Part shown: piece by piece, positions 22,788-33,735 of the stretch
How the letters are laid out: each line of letters starts with the position of its first letter
Position numbering within the stretch: the first letter of the stretch is position 1
Assembly (NCBI RefSeq): GCF_006345805.1
Contig: NC_043017.1
Coordinates: forward strand, 17,484,001 to 17,548,000
DNA length: 64,000 nt
Reading direction: 5' to 3'
Origin: Octopus sinensis
Lineage: Eukaryota
Position numbers and translations under genes: made by a program
Notes under the pieces: generated by a model
Seen by the model: only the letters and a program-made list of their open reading frames with translations
What the model was told of the DNA's origin: nothing
The model's database searches: none

Positions 22788-25662
22788 GTAAGTCTGGTTA
22801 TTATATAGTCCTCATTCTCTCTCCCTTTTTTGACGACTGTATCTTGGGGATATATTCAGTAGCTGTTAATTTATTAACCAAAAACTGAACAAAATGCTTT
22901 AATTATATCAATTATTATTGTCATATCTGTATCTATGTCTATGTAGCAAGCTTAGCGAGTCTCTCTCTGGCTTGTCTTTTAGTTGGCGACTGTCTCTGAA
23001 ATATATATATATACATATATATTATGTCGATATTAATTAACCAGGAAACTAAATAGAACACTCTTTTAACAGTATTATCAGTTATTGCCATGTATCTGTC
23101 TGTGTTGTTTGGTTTTTACAAGCGGGAGGGGAAAATGTAAGTGTATTTGTAAAACTAAACATATTTATATAATTAGAATTAGTCTTTAATTAATTTCTCT
23201 CGTAATTTCCGCTATTAAAACATACACCAACACACACATCAAACCAGAATAGGGAGACACTAAGAGAATGAAATTTATCTTTGTTACATTTTATGCTCCG
23301 TAGAGTAGAGCACTTAAAAATTGTTTCCCGCACTTGGGTGTTTATCATATATCTATGTCTACATTTACGTTTGGTTTCACTGACGGGAGCAAAATATTTC
23401 AGAATGTAAAGTTCCAAATATATTACATAATTAATATTTTGTTTCTCTAATACTAACCTAAAAAAAGACACGAAATAAATACCTTTGTTGCTTTTTATAT
23501 GTCGTAAAGTAGGACATTTCAAAAGTTTCCCACATTTGACGTATTTATCGCACTGTTCATTATTAACGAACTTCCCCCATTGTTTTTAATTTAATTTATA
23601 ACTTGACCTCCCGAATAATAATATTAATCCTTTCTGCTATTGGCACAAGGCCTGAAATTTGGGGTAAGCGGGGCCAGTCGATTGGATCGACCCAGTAAGC
23701 AACTGGTACTTAATTTATCGAGCCCGAAAGGATGAAAGGCAAAGTCGACCTCGGCGGAATTTGAACTCAGAACGTAACTGCAGACGAAATACGGCTACGC
23801 ATTTCGCCCGGAGTGCTAACGATTTTGCCAGCTGGTTTCAAATTTTGATGCAAGGCCAGCAATTTCGGAGGAGGGGATAAATCGATTACATCGACCTCAG
23901 CGGAATTTAAATTCTGAACATGAAGATAGACGAAATGCCGATAAACATTTTACTCGGTGTGCTAACGATTCTGCCACTGTCATATTGACAGCTGGTGAGA
24001 GAATACAATCATTTGTACTGTTTATGTTAAGCTTCCCTCTTCCCATCACCAGGTCAGAACTATTTGAGATTTATAAGACAATAGGCTGTTATTTCTAGCA
24101 TGTCGAGCGATCACACTGTGGCTCTCTCGTTGACTCGTTGTGTATCCCAGTGTTGTGATGAAGTTGTTTAGCTTCTAGGTCAGCTCTAATCGAGCAGGCT
24201 TGTTTATTTACTATCAGAGGCACTCTATACGTGGCCAACCAGTCATGCAGAACTAATTCAATATATCTTTTATAAATAAAGGATGATAGCGGGAGATTAG
24301 GTTGTGGTTTCTTGCATATTCGGAATTTCCGTCATCTAAAACAGGAAAAAAAATTTTGTAAAAAGTTCAAAATTTTAAATTGGGGGTGGAGGGGTGAAAT
24401 AAAAAAAAAAATTTTTTGCATATTCGTAATCTTCGACATCTAAAACTTAGGGATCCGAAGAAATTTTTCAAAAAAATGCATTTTTTCAGGAGAGGTGCGA
24501 TTCTGCATTAGCCCCACTTGCTATTTCTTGAAACTCCAACGCGCACGTAGTGGCTTCTTTGTCTTTTGGAGTTTATCTTAGTGGGAAATCCACGTACATG
24601 GTGATCATGTTGTTGATCCAATCATAACGACTAGTGTATCAAAGTCTTTTACAGTCCGTCATGAAAAATGTCGATCAGATGTTAGATTGAATGGTAGATA
24701 TTCTTTCCATTTAGAATGGGGAAAAAAAAATCCTAAGTAGGTGGCGTTAGAAAATGGAAATTTAGTAGAATATTAGGGAAAAAATCGAAAAAGAAGTTAA
24801 AATGATTTATTGAAGTTTGTATTTCGTTTGAAAACAGTTTTATTTAGTAATTATTTGTAATCTTTGTTGGTGAAAACAAGAATCTGAAGAAAAACAGAAG
24901 GGGTGTGTTTATTCTTCTAGACATTACCGAATAGTATTAATATTTCCACTTCCATTTTGTGGTCAAAAACCGAAAGAATATCTGTGAGACAGATGGAATA
25001 CTTGCAGTTATACAATAATACTTGGATTTCTTATGTTGTTTTTAGCTTCGTGTCAACTATGGTTGGGAGAACATGTTTAAAATATTTTTGTTCAGTTTTA
25101 TCTGTTTTTTTCTTTTGTGGTGTATCTAGGACTATGTTGAAGAATGTTTAATTGTGGCATTGTTTTACCACCTCACTGCCCTTCCTTTGTTTTTCAAGTA
25201 ACAGATTTTCTTATTCCGCACATATTTGAAGATCTAAAGCAAGAGGAAGACTAGTTCTTGATCAGAGATTAAGAAACTTGTTTGCCAATTACATGCTTGG
25301 GTTTTGTCCCGCTGCTTGGTACCTTGGGCAAGTGTCTTCTCCTATAGCCTCAGGCTGACCAAATCCTTGTTAGTAGATTCGGTAGAGAGGGAAGCTTAAA
25401 AGAAGCCTATCATAAATATGTGTCTGTGTTTGTACCCCACCACTATTTGTCAACTGGTTTGACAAAAGGGACCAATAGAATAGGTACTATTAAGGTGGTG
25501 AGCTGACAGAAACGTTAGCACGCTGGGCGAAATGCTTACCGGTATTTCGTCTGCCGTTACATTCTGAGTTCAAATTCCGCCAAGGTCGACTTTGCCTTTC
25601 ATCCTTTCAGGGTCGATAAATTAAGTACCAGTTACGCACTGGGGTCGATGTAATCGACTTAA

Positions 25663-25882
25663 CCCTTTTGTTACTAACCCGGCCAAAACTGGCTCTGGTT
25701 CTGTGGTGAAATGTCTTGTTTACATAAGTTTTGAATTAAAATCTTCCACCAAATCTTAGTCACAATTTACATTTCTAACACTAGCTTGATGATAACTAAG
25801 TTATTTTACTAAATTCTTTGTTATATTTGAAATAATTGAAAGAAACACAGAGCATCTCAACAGAAATACAGTAACGAAAGGG
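25663..25882. mobile_element. Second piggyBac-type MITE family, nested in a SINE
   Basis: TIR CCCTTTTGTTAC / GTAACGAAAGGG; inserted at the SINE's own TTAA, which is duplicated (25659-25662, 25883-25886). Confidence 0.85.
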
Positions 25883-26187
25883 TTAATCCGTTTGTCTATC
25901 CTTGTTAGTCCCCTCTATGTTTAGCCCCTTGTGGGCAATAAAGAAATAAGAATAGGTACCAGGCTTAAAAAATTAAGAATTGGGGTCGATTCATTTGACT
26001 AAAATTTCTTCCAGGCAGTGTCCCAGCATGGCCACGGTCTAATGACAAACAAGTAAAAGATGAAAGATTTAATCTTTGGGTGCAATACAAATCCTAATAT
26101 GGTCGTTTCTGTTTTAGAATCCTGTCTTTCCAAATATATTAACCATTCAGTTTGTTTCTTATATTCCTGTTGATACCCTAAGATTAA

Positions 26188-26405
26188 CCCTTTAGTATTT
26201 AAACCGGCCATATCCGGCCAAAATAGTTAATCTGTTTCATGTTCAAACTGACCAGATCCAGGCTCTCACACCTACCCTACAATGTTATTCTACATAAGTA
26301 ATTACACCATCAAGATCTTGAAGATATGAGATAATGCATGATTAATTTAAATCAATGGGAATCAATAGGCATCATGTTTGATAGAATAATCTGAACACTA
26401 AAGGG
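26188..26405 (+). mobile_element. piggyBac-type MITE (TTAA|CCCTTTAG...CTAAAGGG|TTAA)
   Basis: TTAA TSD at 26184-26187 and 26406-26409. Confidence 0.85.
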
Positions 26406-27392
26406 TTAAACATACAATATAGTTCAAAGGGGTAGAACCTTATTTTTTTTTTTTTATCCATAATGATTTTAGATATTAGCTTCTACAAACTTTTATAAAG
26501 TTATTACTTCTTCCCAGCTATGTGGGCTTGGGTTCAGTCTCACTGCATGGCACCTTGGGCACATATCTTACCGAAGCCGTGTGCCAGAAACTGAAAGCAG
26601 TCAATCGTATATGTATATATTACCATAATATATAGGTGTGTGTGTGTTTTGTGTGTACCCTTGTCTTGGACATCACTTGATTATTGTAAATGAGCATCAT
26701 CATCTTCCTGCAAATGAGGTTGTTTGTTTTTGGTCTTCTGTGAAAACCATGTCTGGCTATGAGAAAATACTACTCAATTTGGAAACAGGTGAGGGTTGGT
26801 GACAGGAAGGGCATCCAGTTATGGAAAATCTGCCTCAAATTCTTTTTTACCCATACAGGCGTAGAGGAGTGGGCATTGGATTCAATAATACTTATTACTC
26901 TAGACCCGTGGAAGAGGGAGACCCAGGTAGATATGGGACGAAGGGGTAAGGATCGATCTCAGGATGTTGGGTATCATGGAGGAAAGGACAATGGACTGAG
27001 ATGAAAATTGGCAACCCTGTCGCAGACCCTCTAAAATTACTTTGCAGACCTCTTTTTGGGAGCCAAGGTTGTATAGGCTGAGGTATGTGAGTGTGGTTAA
27101 GAAGCTCTCTTTGCAATCATGTGCTTTTGGGTTCAATCCCACTGAAATGCACTTTGGGCATTTTCTACTGAAAGGATTAAAGAGATATAAAGTCATTTAA
27201 AATTTTTGAATTTGATCACCCCTTTCCAAACCTCACGAACCCCATGTTTTCAGCAACATTGATTTAATATGCCACAGTAGTTGATAGTAGAAAGGCCATC
27301 AAATTATTCAAACTGCTTTCTTTTCTTTTTTTTTTTTAATTAGCTCCTTATATAATTGATAATAATTAATTCTGTTTTATCTTTATTCCCAG

Positions 27393-27416
27393 ATGCCTGA
27401 ATTCATGATACCATAA
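27393..27416 (+). other. 7-codon upstream ORF (MPEFMIP*) ending 1 nt before the ATAD5 ATG
   Basis: ATG CCT GAA TTC ATG ATA CCA TAA A ATG. Confidence 0.6.
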
Positions 27417-27417
27417 A

Positions 27418-27471
27418 ATGCTGGGATCTTGTGTAGTTGATACCCCTAATGGCAGTTTAGACTGTCATAAG
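27418..27471 (+). CDS. ATAD5: ATAD5 coding exon 1 (MLGSCVVDTPNGSLDCHK); the exon starts at 27393
   Basis: tttattcccag acceptor at 27392, AAG|gtaagc donor; phase 0 into the next exon. Confidence 0.75.
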
Positions 27472-30400
27472 GTAAGCTGTTTAAGATGTTTACATGTGAA
27501 TATATTGTTATTTTGTATTAATATTGGTTTCAAATTTTGTCACAAGGCCAGCAGTTTTTTGGGGGAGGGGCCAAATCAATTGAACTGACCTCAGTGTTCA
27601 ACTAGTGCTTATTTTATCAACCATGAAAAGATGAAAAGCAAAGTCAACCTTGATGAAATTTAAATTTAGAACAGAGATGAACGAAATATTGTTGTTTACC
27701 TGTTGTTTCTAGCATGTCAGGTTTTCTGGTGGTGCTTTAATATTTTTTATGTCTGCTATTTCAGTACAATTCTACACATGCGAGAAACATCAGACGAGAG
27801 TGAATCATAGGGTATTTTTAGCTTTTTGAAAGCGGGTAGGTGATGGGTGGGCAAGGTGGGGGAAGGGGCATTGAGTGTTTCTTTACCCCTTTAGTGTTCA
27901 GATTATTCTATCAAACATAATACCTATTGATTCCCATTGATTTGAATTAATCATGCATTATCTCATATCTTCAAGATCTTGATAGTGTAATTACTTAATG
28001 TAGAATAACATTGTAGGGTAGGTGTGAGAGGCTGGATCTGGTCAGTTTGAACATAAAACAGATTTACTATTTTGGTCGGATATGGCCGGTTTAGATACTA
28101 AAGGGTTAAAAAATATATATATATTTCCCAAATTTGTAATCTCTTTATTTTTCTACATGGATAGAAAAAAAAAAATTCGGAAAAAAGTTACAAATTAAGA
28201 AATTGCAGTGGGGATGGGGGAGGGTGGAACTAAAATTTTGAAAACGTGATTTCTGGGCAAAATCGTATTAACCCCCTTTTATACAATGGAATAATACACA
28301 GTTTGCAGAAATCACTTTCATGCAAGCCCATGCAAATTGTTCCCTCCCCTCCTTTACTTTTAAACAAACAATAACTTCCATTATGCCAGTAATCCAGTTC
28401 ACTATATATCAGCTGTGCTGATTCTGCCCATAAGAAAGGAACAAATAATACAATATGCTGTAAGTCATAACACCCAGGCAACATCGGGATGCATTGCTAG
28501 TCCTCAAATAAAACTCAGTTTCATAAGAACTTTTTGGCACTGTTCTCAGTGCTGAACCATTATTTGGACTGTTACATAATGTCAGATAGGTATTAAATAT
28601 GTAGGTTAATCTTAAAATACATTTAATATATCTTCTTTGTTTCTTTTTGTTTTCTTTTTCTTTCTTAGGAGGTGAATAGTTCAAAGAAGACTATTGCAGA
28701 TTTCTTTGGTAAATCCTCTCAGAATAGTTCCAGTGCAATTAAGAAACCCACAAATTTACTGAGTTATTTTACTAAAGACCCTCATTCACGTGTGTCTAAT
28801 GGAAAAACAGAGACATCAGTGGGATCATCAGTCTTGGAAAAACTTACACAAGTACCTGTTAAGAACGATACAGTGAAAAAGAAACTTTTGGAAAAGAATT
28901 TAACTGTTAGTCCAACGGATAAAAGTAGTTCTATGGATAAGAATAGTCCTGAGGCCAGTTCTATGGATAAGAATAGTCCTGAGGCCAGTTCTTTGGATAA
29001 AAGTAGTTCTAATGCCAGTTCTTTAGATAAAAAACGGAAACGTGCTAGTAAAGTACTGAGTGGAGATGATTTTGTTGAGATCACTCAACCAAAACGTTTT
29101 AAATCTACAGACAGTATTTCATATGAAGAATCAAAGACAGCCATATCTCTACCTTCAAAAGAGCCTTTTTTAGAGAAAATGCCTGAAAATATTTCTAATA
29201 CAGAATCAAAAACATCTGACCAAAATATTGATCTTTCCAATGATGATGATGATTTTATTTCAAAAACAGATGCTACTAGCACTTCTAAAAAAGTTGTTTT
29301 GTGTGAAAATGACCAGGAATTACCTAAAAGGAAATACACAAAGAAAAATTCCAAAAATTGTATAAATTCTAATATGTTGAACAAACAGTCAAAATTGAAA
29401 TCATCAAAGACCCAACAAGTTAATGTTGGTAAAAGTAATTCATTAAATATGTATTATTGTGAAAAAGATAAAAAGAAACTTTCTGATAAAAGTGAAAGAG
29501 AAAAAACAGATTCTTTTAATTCTAGTGATCCTCCTCAAAATTCGAAAGAAATTTCTGCGAGTAATTCCTGCAACAGCAGCATTGTCAACAGTGAATTAGG
29601 TCCATCTAGTCCGACATATTTAAATACAAAGTCAGATTTAGATGAAAGTTGTCAGTCACTGAAAGTTCAAACTTGTGAAAACGATGACCAAGACGCTATG
29701 GAACTCTCATATGAAGAATTTTTACTTTCTCAGACTGTTGGTGATGAACAATCTGTAAATATGGAATTTGCCAAAATGAGTCCAGAAAAAGCACTTCCTT
29801 CTAAATGTGATCCTATTCCTATGTTTGTTGACTCAGGAAAGACGGATTTATGTAATTCTCAGCAAGTTACTGTTGTGGCTGACATACACCCGGAACCATC
29901 TTTAAGCTTACCAGCTACATCTAATACTGCAGATAATTCCAGTAAATCTGCAGAAGCCATTTTGAAAAGTGTCTCTTCAGAAGTCATTAAATCTAAAAAC
30001 CAAGATGTTAATGACATAGTTGTCTTGGATACAGAAGTGTTAAATAAAGCCGATGAGATTCCTGTTGTTGATGATGATGGTGATGATGTTTCACATAAAG
30101 AGCAAGAGAAACAAACTAAATCAACACTTGATGTAACCACGAAAAAGGTCATTCCTAGCCATAAGTTCAAGCCTGTCTCAAAAGCTAAGAACCAAAAGTC
30201 TGCAGTAATATCCAATTCCATTGGTGTAAAATGTTCGCAGTCAACACTGAATTTTGAACAAGGTAACTTAGATCTTAACTCCAATTCTGTTTCAACTGTT
30301 TCTGTTGGGAATACTAAAGGAACTCTGAAAACACTTTCAAAGCAATCAAAGATTGGTGCCAAGATTATTGTGCGACAGCAAAACAGGGGTATTCACAGAA

Positions 30401-33400
30401 AGACCCAATCAAGAAACATAGTGAAGTGCAAGGATAAAAAGTCTGTAAATAGTGCCAAACAGAATAGAAACCATAAGATGTCAGCTGTGTCAGACCAGTC
30501 GAAGAAAATGAAACCCAAAATCAGCAACAAGAAAATGAATAGGAAGAAACCTGTGAAAATTTCAACAAAGCAGTGAGTATATTACATTTCTGGTTTTTTT
30601 TTTTCACCTGATCAATATATTTTCCATTTAAGGTGTGGTTGGTGGAGCGATTAATGTGCTGACAGCCTTTCAGTTCAGCTGTCAAATACTTTGCGGGCAG
30701 ATTTTGTTTTGCGCAAAGCAAGTGCTTCTATTTAATTCAATTCAATACAATCATTAAGGAATGGGGGTGGATTATACTAAATCCATCATCATGGTTTAAT
30801 GTACACAGTATAAAGATTTGAACTACTAAAGTTTCTAGCATTGGAGACATGGGTCTAGGCAAGTTTATTTAACATGCTTTATGTCTCTAAGCAATCTTTG
30901 GGCTCTGAGCTCATAGTTTATTCAATTCATGTCCTTTTTGGAAGTTGAATAGCAAAACTGCATGAATATCGTGCTTTGACAGTTACATTTCAGATGATTG
31001 TAGCAATGGTGAAAAAAAATCCAGTGTTAATTTGGGCAAGTCTATGTGTAAAAATCCCATACAAATTCTTCATGGTTCAAAATGTTGCTTACTTTTTACT
31101 CAACCTACATATATATATATATAGTTGGAATTTACAAAAAAAGAAACAAAAGACAAAGACAGATGTGTAAACGACAAACAGGTGTATTAGTTTAATGTTC
31201 TGGAAGATGAGAAAGTTTTTTTCCGTTTCGAGCATACACTCTTCAATAGAAAGGGACACGAGAAAATAGACAGAGAGAGGATAAAAAAAGCTTTAGTGGC
31301 TAGAGCTGTTGGACCCAGCAATTTGTTTTCCATGTTGAAGTGAAGCCCACCTCTGACCTTGTATTGAATAAGCATTTCCTTAGAGACTATTCTATCGATT
31401 TTGTTGAAATTTTACACGTGAAAAAATGCAAAAGCTGCAGGAAAAATAACATCATTATGGGAATTTCCATTCAAACACCTGATTGAGCTCACAAAAATCG
31501 ATGCCAACTGAGCATATATATATATATAAATATATTCATTTAGAGATAGTAGGCCCCTTCATCCCATCATATAAAAGAATTTTAATTTAAATACTTACTA
31601 CTTTATAACTTGGCTACATGTGTTCCTTGAGGTACATTTCCCGGTTCCTTAACCACGCCGTGTTTTGCTGGAACCATTCTTAAAATATAACCCTAATCAT
31701 CAGGCCTCTATATCACTTTCTCATATCTTCAAAGTACAACGAGGTGGAGTGAGTGAGAGAACAGAAGATCAGGAAGGATGGTATATATTTGTTACGTTGG
31801 TTAACACCAATAAAATAATAATGATATGTAATGAGGTTTTGACCAAGTTTTCATTTAAATATGAAGATGCATGGTTTAGTGGTTAGGCTGTTGCACTCAC
31901 GATTGCTAGATCATGGATTTGACTCCCAGACAGAGTGGTGCTTTACATTCTTGAGCAAAACACTTTATTTCTTGTTGCTCCAGACCTCTTTTCAAGCAGG
32001 GAGGAATGTTGGCCTGTTAGTCATTTGAAGGCTAAAACAATGCACCCCCACTCCCTACGGAAGGCGGACATTAAACAATAATGATGATGATTTATAATTT
32101 TTTAGGCACATGCATAGCTGTGTAATAAGAAGCTTACTTCCCAACCACATGGTTCCAGGTTCAGTTCCACTGCAAGACACCTTGGGCAGCTGTCTTTTAC
32201 TATAGCCTTGTGAATGGATTTGGCAGATGGAAACTGAAGAAAGTCTGTTGTGTGTGTTGGTTTGTTTACATCCCCATAACTTAGCAGTTTGGCAAAAAGT
32301 CTGATAAAATACATATCAGGTTTAAAAAAAGAAAAAATACTGGGGTTGATTTATTCGACTAAACAGTTCTTCAGGGTGGTGCCACGGCATAACTGCAATC
32401 TAATGACTGAAACAGATAAAACATGTTCATCCAGGTGGTCTGAAGTGGTGGATGGGTATTAAAAGAGTTTAAGCAAAAATATAATGGAAATGTTAATGAA
32501 ATTACCAAAAAATGTATTGTTATATTTTTGTCTTTGCAGTTCTGTGCGAAAGGGTGTGAAGAAATCAAAAGCATCTCCATCTGAAGATAGGACAGTGGAA
32601 GCTGAAGTAAGTAAATCTTTAGTATTCAGATTAATCTGTTAACTGTAATGCTTTATTCACTTTATTCTGAATTAATTATGCATTACCTCATAGCTTTGAG
32701 ATTTCAATGATATGTTGCAATTTCAAGCTGGTTGGAAGACCTCACAGAAGCTCCTTCATTTGTTTCAGTGTCTTATTTTTAAAATCACACTTCGTCATCT
32801 GAGATAAAAAAGGTTATCTTCAGTGTAGTCCCTGGTATACAATGAAATGGGATTGTTATTGGTATTTCTTTGATCACAAATCTGCGGGATTCGTTTTAAG
32901 TCCATGTAAAAAGATAACAAAGTTACAAACATTGTCAAGATGCCGCTGTTGAGTAGGATCAAGTCAAAACAAATTCAATAAATAAGCATTACATTTGATA
33001 GAGTAATCTGAATGCTAAAGGGTTAAATTTAAAATTTGAATTGAACATTTTATTTAAGATTTAAATTAAGCAAATATTATGATTTATAACTTCTTCATTA
33101 TTATTTTGTCAGGTGTCTGAAGTGAAGAGTGGTTCTACAGCATCAGCAGATGGCAACAGAAAAGAGAGCCTGAATCTGTCGAAGAAATCTGTGAAGTCAA
33201 AGCCTGATAGCATTAGTAAAGTAGGGTTAGAAGAAATATCTTCACCATCAACTCGTAAGAGTTTAAGATTACAAGAAAAGAAAGCACTGCCAACATCATG
33301 TGATGATCTTGCGATACAGGATGAAGTTGTAGCCCCTAAAGAGAAGGAGAGTAAAGTGAAACCCAAGACAACTTTGGGTACAAAAGACAAGAGTTTAAAT

Positions 33401-33663
33401 AATGAAAAAACTTGTCAAGAAGGTAATGGTGAAATATATCTTTTAACAAATGTTTCCAAGCTGGGTTGGGTTGGTCAGTTTGGCGGGATTTGGTGAGCTG
33501 CTAGGTTGCATTCATCATCATCGTTTAACATCCGCTTTCCATGCTAGCATCGGTTGGACGATTTGACAAAAGAGACCGATAAAATAAGTACTGGGGTCGA
33601 TTTGCTCGACTAAAGGCGGTGCTCCAGTATGGCCGTAGTCAAAATGACAAACAAGTAAAAGAG

Positions 33664-33735
<72 letters not shown>

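Noticed and set aside
23190-23522. 110-aa minus-strand ORF with an internal repeat
   Set aside because: Reflects a diverged direct repeat of about 200-bp period in AT-rich DNA; no splice or domain support
28782-30362. Antisense ORFs of 100, 99 and 167 aa
   Set aside because: Shadow frames of the large ATAD5 exon; no independent splice or motif evidence
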